DNA of 63,973 nt, the filler included, from Octopus bimaculoides (Eukaryota), in NCBI RefSeq assembly GCF_001194135.2. It is 8 parts of 8 records of this genome, joined end to end, with 100 filler letters (N's around TTAATTAATTAA, not from the genome) between each part and the next. Parts side by side here need not be neighbours in the genome. Positions count along the whole stretch, not along the records: positions 1 to 15,699 come from NC_069003.1; positions 15,800 to 20,814 come from NC_069006.1; positions 20,915 to 25,399 come from NC_068982.1; positions 25,500 to 51,204 come from NC_068989.1; 4 more parts are not named here. The stretch is one strand, 5' to 3'. A program made the translations under genes and the position numbers. Positions 13,887 to 26,613 of the stretch are shown here, piece by piece (position 1 is the first letter of the stretch; the number at the start of each line of letters is the position of its first letter). A model generated the notes under the pieces. That model saw only the letters and a program-made list of their open reading frames with translations. It was not told the origin of the DNA and did not search any database.

Positions 13887-14112
13887 CTCTGCTATATAAT
13901 ATGCAGTCTATTTCTACACTTCTGTATATTATAATATGCAACCGTGAATCTTATAGGATGCAGTGAGACATTCTGGACATAGTGCACACTCTCTGCTATC
14001 TGATCTGCAGTCTATATTTGCACCCTTGCACATTATAACATGCAATCGTAAATCCTCTAGGGTGCAGTGTGATATTCTGGACAAAAATATCTGCTATCTA
14101 ATATGCAGTCCA
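13887..14112 (+). repeat. Diverged ~100-bp tandem repeat, about 2.3 copies
   Basis: The ctgctat...atgcagtc...tgcagtg.ga.attctggaca unit starts at ~13887, ~13991 and ~14089. Confidence 0.7.
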
Positions 14113-14290
14113 TTTCTTATTTCTTTATTGCCCACAAGGGGCTACACACAGAGGGGACAAACAAGGACAGACAAACGGATTAAGTCGATTAGATCTACCC
14201 CAGTACGCAACTGGTACTTAATTTATCGACTCGGAAAGGATGAAAGGCATAGTCGACCTCGGCGGAATTTGAACTCAGAACGTAGCGGCA
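14106..14290 (-). mobile_element. Family-A SINE copy
   Basis: Reverse complement of the family-A 3' end (cttatttctttattgcccacaagggg) and core. Confidence 0.85.
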
Positions 14291-14440
14291 TGTGTGAGAA
14301 AGAACGAGAAGCCATACTGTCTTAATTTAGGAACCAATAAAATAACACGCATACACACTAACCACACACATACACACACATGGAGAGAGGGCGAGAGAGA
14401 GAGAGAAAAAGATGGAGAGACAGGCAGATAGATAAATATA

Positions 14441-14482
<42 letters not shown>

Positions 14483-14484
14483 TA

Positions 14485-15122
14485 TACGAGGGGTGTTCAT
14501 TAAAGAATTCCGCTTATTGCAGGAAACGGAACTTGTACAGGTATAATCACACATGTTTCTACATGTCACAAATTGTAGCTTCCCACTACTATTCGTCTGT
14601 CTTTTACGGCTGCTAAAGTAGACTAAGGTGTTATAATGGAGGCGGTTGAATGCAGATCAGTGATCAGGTTCTTATACTTGAAAGGTCGTACACCAAAAGA
14701 GACTTTCGAAGAGATGAAAGAAGTTTATGGTGATGATGCACCATCATATGACGTAGTCAAGCACTGGCATCGCCAGTTCAAATGTGGTCGGACGTCGGTG
14801 GAAACTGCTCTTATTCCTGGACGACCACATTCCGCCATTGAATCACATAACCCCCACAGGTTAGGGCCTGAAATACTCCAAACAGATGCATAGCATGTTG
14901 CTTAGTCGAATTAGCCCATCATTTACTCCACAAATGTTTTGTTGTCAATGCTGCACTTTCCCATATCACCTGTTTCAACATAACTGTAATATATTATATA
15001 CAAACTATGCCATTTTAATCCCGAGTAAGGACGCAGAGAAAGACTGATAATTTATGCCAAGTTTCGTTCATCTCAGTCCATGGGAAGTGGGTCGGGGTAA
15101 TCTTTATTGAACACTCCACGTG
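14485..15122 (+). mobile_element. Internally deleted mariner element with N-terminal transposase HTH fragment
   Basis: Left TIR TA|tacgaggggtgttcattaaagaat. Approximate inverse aatctttattgaacactccacgtg|TA at ~15099-15124. ORF from 14636, MEAVECRSVIRFLYLKGRTPKETFEEMKEVYGDDAPSYDVVKHWHRQFKCGRTSVET...GRP, is a mariner HTH with the GRP motif; there is no DDD domain. Confidence 0.85.
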
Positions 15123-15455
15123 TATACATACATACATACATACATACATACATACATACATACATACGGGCAACTGACGAAGGGGTATACTCTTCATGTT
15201 GCATGTCTCGTTTCTCTGTTTGTCTTTTTCGTTGTTCGAAAAATGTTAGTTTTCTATGTTTTCGTTTTTATATTTTCGTTTCTAGTTGTGTTTAACGTTT
15301 TTTTTATGTCCTGTACTCATATATGCTTGTATGTATACATATGGATGTAGGTTTGTACATATATGTATGGCTATATGCATATATTTATATATTATTTATA
15401 TTATTATATGATCGAACGCCACGCATCCTTTTCCAAGTAAGTTTATATATATATA

Positions 15456-15699
15456 TCTATATATATAAAAATGAGAATGTGTGTCTGTCTGTCTGTCTGT
15501 CTGTCTGTGTGAATCCCTAAAACTCGAGAACTACGCAACCAATTTCATTCAAATTTTACACATGCCTTACTTAGGGTTCCAGTTGTGTTTTAGTCAAAAA
15601 AAATTATTAACTTCTTGCAGAGTTCGAGCACACGGCAACATAATATCTCCTTCACTATTTAAGTATTACGTGTCAAAAGTGAAACAAAAACACTCATGT
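15456..15699 (+). mobile_element. Probable non-autonomous Helitron/Helentron-like element, 5' part
   Basis: A|TCTATATATATAAAA start, an internal (TCTG)n microsatellite, then ctcgagaactacgcaaccaatttcattcaaatttt. This architecture is typical of such elements. The 3' end lies in a gap. Confidence 0.5.
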
Positions 15700-15934
15700 N
15701 NNNNNNNNNNNNNNNNNNNNNNNNNNNNNNNNNNNNNNNNNNNTTAATTAATTAANNNNNNNNNNNNNNNNNNNNNNNNNNNNNNNNNNNNNNNNNNNNA
15801 TATATATATGTATGTATGTGTTTAGATGTTTATCTGTTTTTGTCCCTTCACCATCGCTTGACAACCTATGTTGGTGTGTTTATGTCCCTGTAACTTAGTG
15901 TTTCGGCAAAAGAGACTGACAGAATAAGTTCTAA

Positions 15935-16160
15935 GGCAGCACGCTGGCAGAAATGGTAGCACGCCAGGCAAAATGCTTAGTGGTATTTCGTCTGCTGCTA
16001 CGTTCTGAGTTCAAATTCCACCGAGGTCAACTTTGCCTTTCATCCTTTCGGGATCGATAATTTAAGTACCAGTTACGCACTGGGGTCGATATAATTGACT
16101 TAATCCATTTGTCTGTTCTTGTTTGTCCCCTCTATGTTTAAATACTTGGCAATAAAAGAA
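15935..16160 (+). mobile_element. Family-A SINE copy flanking the CYP exon
   Basis: ggcagcacgctggcagaa...ttctgagttcaaattccaccgagg...gtaccagttacgcactggggtcg. Confidence 0.85.
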
Positions 16161-16319
16161 AGTGCTAGGGTTGATTCATTTGACTAAAAGTTCTTTGAGG
16201 TGGTGCTCCAGCATGGCTGTAGTCTCATGACTGAAACAAGTAAAAAATAAATAATAAAGAATGTATGTGCATATGTATGGAAGCTGATCACGTACATAGA
16301 TTATATACATAAAATATAC

Positions 16320-16436
16320 CTCTTTTAGCTTTTTGGCCGAAAAATTCGGTGATAGCATTGTCCTCAAGAATTTCCAATGTTCATTTTTGGCATTAAGAAT
16401 CATTTTCTTGGAAAGGCCATCTATAGGAACAATTTT
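16320..16436 (-). CDS. Cytochrome P450 (CYP3 clan) internal exon, C-helix region
   Basis: Minus-strand acceptor ...aaatttcctttcAG and donor GTatat. 117 nt, phase 0-0: KIVPIDGLSKKMILNAKNEHWKFLRTMLSPNFSAKKLKE. It carries the WxxxR motif and the SPxFS/TxxKLKE signature, and ends at KLKE like CYP3A exon 5. Confidence 0.9.
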
Positions 16437-16520
16437 CTGAAAGGAAATTTGAAAAAAGTAAAAGAGAGAAAAAGAGAAATAAAAAAATGCATTATCTCAA
16501 ATTATCGATTTCAAATTTTA

Positions 16521-16715
16521 GCGCAAGGCCAGCAATTTTGGGGAGGGGTCAATTACATCAATCCACCCAATGTTCAACTGGTGCTTATTTTATCGATCCC
16601 AAAAGGATAAAAAATAAAGTTGAGCCTGGTGGAATTTGAACTCAGAATGTAAAGATAGACAAAATGCTGTTAAGTATTCTGTCTGGCATGATGATGTTTG
16701 CGTCAGCTCACTGCC
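16521..16715 (-). mobile_element. Diverged family-A SINE copy flanking the CYP exon
   Basis: Reverse-complement match to the family-A core (ggtggaatttgaactcagaa...cagctcactgcc). Confidence 0.8.
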
Positions 16716-17206
16716 TACTATCTCAAATTATTAACAAATATTTCGACAAGTTGATAGAGACCTCCATACAGTAGTTTGAGACCTTGTAAAAATAGCAGTC
16801 AAATATTCCTCAAAACATGTGTTGTAAGATTTTTGAAAATGTAGGGCACATTAGATAATGTAGTTCTAGGAATACTTTGCTTTAGAAAAGTGGCTTCTGG
16901 TTACTCAACTCACTTGGTCTTTGCTGTTAAATGAGACCCTAACCCTCTTTTCTTGGATCTTTCAGTACAGCTTTTGGGACTCGGAGCATATTTTATACAC
17001 ATGGGGCATTCCAGAAGTCTGAAACTCTTTTTAGAAGAGGCACTTTTAAGCTTCCTTGATTATTGTAGTTATAGTAGACCATAACCCCCCCCCCCCCCAC
17101 ACACACATGGATTACAAGTGCATTACAGAATATTAAACTTTGTAAAGTTGATGATAGGAAACTTGGTTTGCAAAATGGTTTGCAAAGGCGGCGAGCTGGC
17201 AGAAAC

Positions 17207-17605
17207 GTTAGCATGCCGGGCGAAATGCTTAGCGGTATTTCGTCAGCTGTTACGTTCTGAGTTCAAATTCCGCTGAGGTCGACTTTGCCTTTCATCCTTT
17301 CAGGGTCGATTAAATAAGTAGCAGTTACNNNNNNNNNNNNNNNNNNNNNNNNNNNNNNNNNNNNNNNNNNNNNNNNNNNNNNNNNNNNNNNNNNNNNNNN
17401 NNNNNNNNNNNNNNNNNNNNNNNNNNNNNNNNNNNNNNNNNNNNNNNNNNNNNNNNNNNNNNNNNNNNNNNNNNNNNNNNNNNNNNNNNNNNNNNNNNNN
17501 NNNNNNNGCAGTTACGCACTGGGGTCGATATAATCGACTTAATCCGTTTGTATGTCCTTGTTTGTCCCCTTTATGTTTAGCCCCTTGTGGGCAGTAAAGA
17601 AATAA
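17207..17605 (+). mobile_element. Family-A SINE spanning an N gap
   Basis: The head precedes the gap and the tail follows it. Flanked by near-identical ggaaactt(g/a)gtttgcaaaatg, a probable TSD. Confidence 0.8.
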
Positions 17606-18544
17606 GGAAACTTAGTTTGCAAAATGTGTTTTTCTTTCTCGTGCGAAAACTTCTTTAATTTAAACATTTGCTTAAATTTTACTCAATAAAACATTTTTCA
17701 TACAAAAAAAAAAAAAATTATTTATTCAATATCTTTCTAGTAAAATTTGTTTCTTTTGTGTTAAACTTACTTTCTGGAAACATTCACAAATATTTTCACA
17801 CCCAAACTTTTATATGAAAACATTTTTTCAAGCGTCAACATATTTTGTATCCTTATTTCCACTTACATTAATATATAATAGAAATATTTACCTTCTATGT
17901 AAACAAACAAAACTTGTTTTATTCAAATATAAATTAAACATATTTATTGACACACACTTATTACTTTTACCTATATCATCATTATCATTAAATACCTGTT
18001 TTTCATGCTGGACAGTTAGACAGGAGCTGGTGATGGTTTCTATGGCTGGATGCCCTTCCTAACTCCAACCATATTACAGAGTGTGCTGGGTGCTTTTCTT
18101 ATATGTGGCACCAGCATCAGTGAGGTTGCTAAATAATTTGCAAGAGAAGATACCTCAACTAAGGTTGGTGGAGAGTAGCAGTGAGGGAGGTGGTTTTATG
18201 TTGGGTGGTGAGAAGTTGAATTATGACAGAAGAAAAGAAAACAGATATGTTGCAGTAGAGAGGAGTTTCATGGCTACCCCAGTTGGAAAAAGAGAGAAAA
18301 GGGAGAAAGAGGAGATGGTGAAGATGCTACAGGGAGGTATATATAAAGGATGGGGTACAGAATTTGGATAGGCTGAGTGGGAAGGTAAGTTCACAAAAGT
18401 AGGAGATGGAGAGGAGGGGACAACTCTGAGTGATAAACAAGGATGGAGGGAAGAGGTGTTAGGAAAATGAATTGTGGGGAGAAATTTGTTAGGGACAGAT
18501 TGTGCACTGAGGCATAGACATAAGATACCTTAAGGGCCTTGTTT

Positions 18545-18720
18545 TTACTTAGATGAATGAGTTTTCTCAAGCACAGCAAATAGCCAACCATCTCAGGCCT
18601 TTGTCATCTTCTCTGTGCATCTCAACATCTGAAGGTCATTTTTCACCATATTCTCCCACATCTTCCTGGATTTTAGTCTTCCACAGGTTTCATCCACATT
18701 TAGTGACTGGATTTATCTTA
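18545..18720 (-). mobile_element. Decayed 3' end of an RTE-like LINE
   Basis: Minus strand resembles GR.RK.WE..VK.DL......E.T...D.W..AVLEK, typical of an RTE ORF C-terminus. Confidence 0.5.
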
Positions 18721-19162
18721 CCTGATGGTTTCATACAGTAGAACCATCAAGTTTTGGAGAGGTAAATTTACAATCATCAGACAGGATTGAATAGAAAAGT
18801 AGAGCTTGGATTCTTTGTAAATGGAGGCCCCAAACCAACCACCACATCTGGTTTATGGGTCTTGGAGGTATTTCACAAATATCTGTGTAGCAATATATGT
18901 GTGAGTGTGTGAGAGAGAGGGAGAGAGAGAGAGAAAGTGTGAGTGTGTGTGAGTGCGTGTGGAAGTCCGTGGTTCAGTGGTTTGTGTGTTTCACTCATGA
19001 TCATAAAATTATGGTTTTTGGACCAGGTGATGTGTTGAGTTTTTGAGCAAAATACTTGAAATGATGAGCTGGAAAAATGCTGTTAAGCATTTGTCTGACA
19101 TGTTAACAATCCTGCTAGCTCACCACCTTAACCCTTTAGTATTTAAGCAAGTCATATCCTGT

Positions 19163-19500
19163 GAAGGTCCATGGCTCAGTGGTTAGAGCGTTAGACTCAC
19201 AATCATGAGGTAGTGAGTTCAATTCCAGTGTGTTGTGTTCTTGAGCAGGATACTATATTCGATATTGCTCCAGTTCACTCAGCTGTAGAAATGAGCTGCG
19301 ACGTCACTGGTGCCAGGCTGTGTCGGCCCCTTTGCCTTTCTCGTGGGTAACACTGGTGGCATGGAGAAGAGAGGTTGATATGCGTGGGCGACTGCTGGTC
19401 TTCCATAAACAAGCTTGCCCAGACTTGTGTCTCAGAGGGGGGACTTTCTAGGTGCAATCTCATGGTCATTCATGACCCAAGTGGGGGTCTTTACCTTTAC
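19163..19500 (+). mobile_element. tRNA-derived SINE (distinct family)
   Basis: Head tggctcagtggttagagcgttagactc...gagttcaattcc with A and B boxes, followed by a SINE body. Confidence 0.7.
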
Positions 19501-19831
19501 TCTACATACATATAATAGTATTAAGAGGGGAGGCTGGTATGCATGGACGACTGCTGGGCTTCCATAAAAAACCTCACCTCGACTTGTGCCTCAGAGAGGA
19601 ACTGTCTAGACCCCGGAGTGGGTCTTTACCCTATCCAGCCCAAATATTCTCCTTGTTTTATGTTAAAACTCACAAGATTCAATCTCTCACAGCTACCCCA
19701 CAATGTAATTCTAAAAATATACAAACACATCATTGGTATCTTGAAGCTACAAGGTGAATAAATATGCAATAAATTTGACAAAGAAATCTGACAGCTAAAG
19801 AGTTAATGTTTGAAATAATAAACTAACTTAC

Positions 19832-19928
19832 ATATCGGTTTGTGAAGTTATGGAACTGTTTCACCATTATTTGTTCCAACATCTCTGGATCTCCAATCAG
19901 CAGTGCTGGCTGTCTTCCAAGATAAAAG
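19832..19928 (-). CDS. Cytochrome P450 (CYP3 clan) internal exon, upstream of the 16320-16436 exon
   Basis: Minus-strand acceptor ttttttccgtttttAG and donor GTAAGT. 97 nt: (G)FYLGRQPALLIGDPEMLEQIMVKQFHNFTNRY, homologous to CYP3A exon 4 ([34 protein letters not shown]). It splices in frame to the 16436 exon. Confidence 0.92.
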
Positions 19929-20222
19929 CTAAAAACGGAAAAAATATATAACTAAGCAGTTTGGCAAAAGAGGACTGACAGAATAAATACCAAATGCTAA
20001 AAAAAGTACCAGAGTCAATTTATTCAACTAAACCTTTCAAGGCATTGCCACAGCTTGGCCACAGATAAATGACTGAAACAAGCAAAAGATAGATGGAGAT
20101 ACAAAGTTCTGGGTTCAGTCCCACAATGCAGCACCCTGGACAAAAGTGTTCCTCTATAGCTCTGGGCCACTCAAAGACTTGTGAGTGAATTTGGTAAGTG
20201 GAAACTGAAAGAAGTCCATTAC

Positions 20223-20282
<60 letters not shown>

Positions 20283-20419
20283 ATACATATATATACACAC
20301 ACACATACATATATATATATATACATACATACATATATATATATACACACACACATATGTACATACATTACATACATATACAAACATACACATACAAATA
20401 CACATACATGCATATATCT

Positions 20420-20604
20420 ATATTAATAGTTATTGCCAAACCAACATGTCAGTCCCAAAAATAGAACGAATGCTGCCGTTGATTACCTCCAAGAGACCAT
20501 TGCTTCTAGCTAGCTATGTGACACACGAATCTGTGTCCATGATAATGGCAGCATTCGTCCTATTTTTGGGACTGCCATGTTGGCTTGGCGATAACTATTA
20601 ATAT
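20420..20604. mobile_element. 185-bp fold-back MITE with ~58-bp terminal inverted repeats
   Basis: atattaatagttattgccaaaccaacatgtcagtcccaaaaatagaacgaatgctgcc is nearly the reverse complement of ggcagcattcgtcctatttttgggactgccatgttggcttggcgataactattaatat. Confidence 0.8.
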
Positions 20605-21237
20605 CCAGTACCGCTGCCGTATTAATATTTCTATTATATTAATATTTCTATTATATATATATATATATATACAACAGTGGTGACGCTGGCGTTCGGTCAT
20701 GTAAAAACAAATAATAAATGAGTATATGCATATATACGTACAGGTGTGTGCATACCTACGTCTACCTGTATATATAGGTGCATATCTGGGTACAGGACAT
20801 TGCAAACAAAACGTNNNNNNNNNNNNNNNNNNNNNNNNNNNNNNNNNNNNNNNNNNNNTTAATTAATTAANNNNNNNNNNNNNNNNNNNNNNNNNNNNNN
20901 NNNNNNNNNNNNNNTATATATATATATATATATAGAAAAATATATCCATCATACACAGCCAGGCACACACAACCACACTCAGAGATATACTTATTTATGG
21001 TGGTGTTGAATTTATTTATTATAATTATATAGGCAGTAGTTGTGAAGTTCTCTGTGTGTCTCTATTCATAATGGTAATGTGAATTCAACACATATTTCAA
21101 CTACTTTGAACTAACTTCGAAATCATTTAATATAATCATATATATACACAAATAACATATGCGTAAGCAGACACAGATATCTTAATGTTCATTCATACAT
21201 TTATACACGCTTCTACGCACGCATACACAGACACACA

Positions 21238-21282
<45 letters not shown>

Positions 21283-22327
21283 AAACATATGCATGCGTGT
21301 ATGCATGTAGAAATGAATGAATGAATGAATATTAAGACTGAGTAAAGAAGGGTGAGGAAAACATGAGTGTAACAGACAGACAGACATACAGGCAGACATA
21401 CAGGCAGACAGACAGACATACAGGCAGACAGACAGGCAGACAGACAGGCAGACAGACAGGCAGGCAGGCAGACAAGCAAACAGACAGACAGGCAAACAGA
21501 CATACAGAGAGTATACTATATGCAAAGTAGAAAAGAGAAGCTGAAAGAAAAAAATTAAGAACGAACACAGAGATGTGTGACGATGTGTACCAATGTGTAT
21601 ATATATTTATTTTTCTATGTGTGTATGCATATATATGTGTGTATGCATATATATATGTGTGTGTGTGAGTGTGTATGTGTATGTGTGTGTGTGTAAGTGT
21701 GTGTGTGTGTAAGTGTGTGTGTGTGTGTGTGTGTATCATGTGTATACGCGTACGTATTTAGGAGATGAAGATGAGCAGAGAAGTCTCAAGAGAAATATAA
21801 GAGATAAATATCTAATCACAAGATTCTGCATCATTTTCTTCATCTTTTATTAAGTATCGTTATCTGTCTCCTCATCCTCCTCATCCTCCTCCCCTCCTCC
21901 TTCTCCTCCTACACCTCCACCGCCTCCTCCACGCGCGCACACATACACTCAAAAGCATACGAACCAAAACAAACAACAACACCAATGCTAACATCATCTC
22001 TTAACACCAACCAATAACAATAACAAAAACAACAACTACAACAACAACGAGACACCATCTTCAGTGCCAACACCATCGCCAACACCATCGTCAGAGCCGT
22101 TGTCCAGGCGTTTACAGCCCTGAGCTGCAACAATGTTGTTTACTACGACCTCACCTTTTAGACAAACATTTAACTTGATCTTAAATGTCATGTCACTAGG
22201 CCACCACACCACCAGCGAGCTATTTCTCTGTGTACATGATAAACTGTCAGGCACTCTCTCTCTCTCTCTCTCTCACCTTCTCTATCTCTCTCTCTCTCTC
22301 TCTCTATCTATCTCTGTCTCTCTCTCA

Positions 22328-22386
<59 letters not shown>

Positions 22387-23578
22387 CTCTCTCTCTCTTT
22401 CTCTCTCTCACTTTATTTTCCGAGTGTTGGCCTCTATAACTCTTACACCTCTTTCTATCTCTGGATATTCAATTTTTTTTTTAATTGTTTGCTTTTGTAT
22501 ACTTGTATATATGTATATATATATTTGTATANNNNNNNNNNNNNNNNNNNNNNNNNNNNNNNNNNNNNNNNNNNNNNNNNNNNNNNNNNNNNNNNNNNNN
22601 NNNNNNNNNNNNNNNNNNNNNNNNNNNNNNNNNNNNNNNNNNNNNNNNNNNNNNNNNNNNNNNNNNNNNNNNNNNNNNNNNNNNNNNNNNNNNNNNNNNN
22701 NNNNNNNNNNNNNNNNNNNNNNNNNNNNNNNNNNNNNNNNNNNNNNNNNNNNNNNNNNNNNNNNNNNNNNNNNNNNNNNNNNNNNNNNNNNNNNNNNNNN
22801 NNNNNNNNNNNNNNNNNNNGTAATGTATGTATGAGAGAGTGTGGGTATGTTACTTGTGTTTGCCGGTATATATGTTTCTACATATAAACATACGTATATA
22901 AGTATATATATATATATATTTGAGATATAATCCACGTAATTTTGCATTAATTCCCATATACGTACGACGCTTATGAGAATGCAAATGTAGAGACCTGCAT
23001 ATCTTCCCATGCACTTGCCTTCATACAGACAGATACACATACAAGCTTACATAATACATACATACATACATACGTAGATACAAACATACATACATGTACA
23101 CGTAGAGTCAGGAGGAAACGTCGTTTTGGTAAAGAAGTTACACCCAGCTAACAGGTTTAAGTAGACATAGCGTTCAAATCCTGCAAGTGAGTTGGCAAAC
23201 TTTTTATCGTCTTCATATATATATATNNNNNNNNNNNNNNNNNNNNNNNNNNNNNNNNNNNNNNNNNNNNNNNNNNNNNNNNNNNNNNNNNNNNNNNNNN
23301 NNNNNNNNNNNNNNNNNNNNNNNNNNATATATATATACACACATACACATCATACTCACTCATGCACATACGTATATGTGCCTGTGTGTGCTTTTGTCAA
23401 CGGTCTGCGTTTAATTTATGATTGTACTGTGTTAATAATATTGTCTCCATCTTCGACCGGCTATTTTTGTAAGAATTCTCCAAGTATTGCATAGACGTGT
23501 TGTCCGGACTTTAGTTTTATCTTGTGTTGAGTGTGTCGTAACACAATGAAGTTGCTTCTCGTGAAAATACGGTTTATG

Positions 23579-23628
<50 letters not shown>

Positions 23629-24201
23629 NNNNNNNNNNNNNNNNNNNNNNNNNNNNNNNNNNNNNNNNNNNNNNNNNNNNNNNNNNNNNNNNNNNNNNNN
23701 NNNNNNNNNNNNNNNNNNNNNNNNNNNNNNNNNNNNNNNNNNNNNNNNNNNNNNNNNNNNNNNNNNNNNNNNNNNNNNNNNNNNNNNNNNNNNNNNNNNN
23801 NNNNNNNNNNNNNNNNNNNNNNNNNNNNNNNNNNNNNNNNNNNNNNNNNNNNNNNNNNNNNNNNNNNNNNNNNNNNNNNNNNNNNNNNNNNNNNNNNNNN
23901 NNNNNNNNNNNNNNNNNNNNNNNNNNNNNNNNNNNNNNNNNNNNNNNNNNNNNNNNNNNNNNNNNNNNNNNNNNNNNNNNNNNNNNNNNNNNNNNNNNNN
24001 NNNNNNNNNNNNNNNNNNNNNNNNNNNNNNNNNNNNNNNNNNNNNATATATATATATATATATATATATATAAAGACTTTTGGCATGTATGTGAATATGA
24101 GTCTGCTAGCGTGTCTTTGATAACGTTAGCAAATATCGTGTGTGTGTCTAGTCGTATTTGCGGGTGTCCTGTGTATATGTGCGTGCGTGCGCGTGAACGC
24201 G

Positions 24202-24239
<38 letters not shown>

Positions 24240-24724
24240 CTAGTGAATTGGTACCTCTACGTATGTGTATAAACCTTATCCTTACGTTTGTATACAAAGC
24301 TGCCTCTGGATTGCATACTTCATACACGTCTTGGCCAAAAAGTAAAAACGCAATTACAACGTTCCAGTGTCGGAATACCAATTTTGTATACGTGATATGA
24401 AGGCAATGAAAGATTCAACTTCGAGATTAGACTAGAACAATGCAATTCTAGTTCAAGAAAGATATTATTTGGAAACCAAAAAAATATCGGAATATCGCCA
24501 AGCTGCCAGCCTGGCATCAGTAGGAATCTGTTACTGACTAACAAAGAAGGAAAGTGAGAAATAACATGATCATTCGCAGACTTTTAGCGGTGAAAGTTTT
24601 ACAACATTTTGGCATAGAACTTTTTCACTGATGTGAGGTTTCCTTTTATTTAATTTTTTTTTTCTAAACTTGTTTTTACTTTATGGTACGGGTAGAGGGT
24701 GATTCTGTTTTCTGGGTATCGAGA

Positions 24725-24725
<1 letters not shown>

Positions 24726-24772
<47 letters not shown>

Positions 24773-24924
24773 CGGTGGGGGTAGTAACAATAGTAGTGGT
24801 GGTCGTAATGGTAAGAGTAGTTGTTTTAGTAGTAGTGGTAGTGCTAGTGGTGTGGTGGTGATGCTGGTATTATTATTATTATTAATAGTAGTAGTAGTAG
24901 TAGTAGTAGTAGTANNNNNNNNNN

Positions 24925-24959
<35 letters not shown>

Positions 24960-25029
24960 CGGTGGTGGTAGTAACAATAGTAGTGGTGGTCGTAATGGTA
25001 AGAAGGTAAGAGTAGTAGTAGTAGTAGTC

Positions 25030-25074
<45 letters not shown>

Positions 25075-25400
25075 ATAGTAGTAGCAGCAGCAGCAGCAGT
25101 TCGTGTTGTTCTTGTGATAGTGGTACAACAAGAACAAACGCAATAACAACACGTAGTACCATTAGTAATGCTACCACCAATACTACTACTCCTGCTATTG
25201 CTACAAGTATTACTACACCCTCGACAACAGCAACAACATCGACAACGACGACGACGATGATGACGACAGCAACAACGAAAACAGCAACAACGAAAACAGC
25301 AACATTTAAACAACAACAAGGAAGAGACAAGTGGTGAAGAAAAAGAAAGATGAACGAAAACAACATCTGCTACTACTACTACTACTACTACTAATAATAN
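24726..25400. repeat. Compound trinucleotide microsatellite (AGT/GTG/ACA/ACT)
   Basis: Long (AGT)n runs with internally duplicated interruptions. Confidence 0.9.
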
Positions 25401-25575
25401 NNNNNNNNNNNNNNNNNNNNNNNNNNNNNNNNNNNNNNNNNNNTTAATTAATTAANNNNNNNNNNNNNNNNNNNNNNNNNNNNNNNNNNNNNNNNNNNNA
25501 TAGTTAGATAGGCAGGCACAAACAGAAACAGACAGACAAGCAAGCAAGCAGGCTGACAGATAGATAGATAGATAT

Positions 25576-25646
<71 letters not shown>

Positions 25647-26571
25647 TTCGGAAGTTATGATTACTAATTTCAAGAATATATTTCTAAAAGTCACATTGAA
25701 GAATTGACTTTGTTATACTAACCAAAATATTCCAGTCTTCAAGGTGATTCATTAAGCACGATAAGCGATTTCAGAAAATCCTTAACGGGAACTTCAAGAA
25801 TCGTCTACTCACGCCTTGTTGGTGTTAACGGAATACAATGATTGAGGCGAGGGAAAAAGAATAAACGCACATACATATTCATATAGGTTAGTGAGTATTA
25901 ATAGGTATGGAAACTGTTACGAATATATATATATATATATTCTATAACTGAATTACCTCACAAGATGTACATAATAGTTCGGAATCATTTCTACAGAGGC
26001 GCAAATTCATTTTATAACAGTGTTTATATCTAAAATGAAAATTCCGCACTTAATTGTGTGCTGAAAATTGTATTATATTACATACGTGTGCGCATGCAAA
26101 TCCGGATTTCTCTTTTTTTTTTTCGATTTTTATCCTCAGTAAAAGTATAGAGTCTTTTTCAAACATCTATGTCTATATATGTATGAATCTGTATACCTAA
26201 ATGCTCAAAATTATTGCTAGGAATAGATCGTGATGAATATTTATACGTATTAGTGTACATACATCCTCAAATTTCTCAACGACCCTGAAGCCGTAAGGAT
26301 ACACAAACACACACCAACGCGCACACATATTTGATTATATATTTATATATATCTATATATCCACATGTACAAATATGTGTGTGCGTGTATATATATATAT
26401 ATATATATATGCATCTATATATTTTTGCCATTTGTATATCCATGTATCCATACACGCACACACACACACATATATGTTATATATATATATAGTTGCATAG
26501 ATATATAGATTCTTGGACATATGTATACATACACATACACACATTTGTACATATAGATATATAGATATATA

Positions 26572-26613
<42 letters not shown>

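Noticed and set aside
15745-15756. ttaattaattaa islands inside N runs (also near 20859, 25444, 51249, 53852, 57517, 62906)
   Set aside because: An identical 12-mer with stops in all six frames, centred in ~100-N gaps. This is an assembly spacer, not biology.
24290-24544. Strong acceptor and donor pair on the minus strand, considered as a CYP exon
   Set aside because: No frame stays open between the sites, and there is no GIPGP or other CYP motif.
24650-25366. Poly-L/V/T/Y/S ORFs on both strands
   Set aside because: Translations of (AGT)n/(ACA)n microsatellites with no splice or domain evidence.
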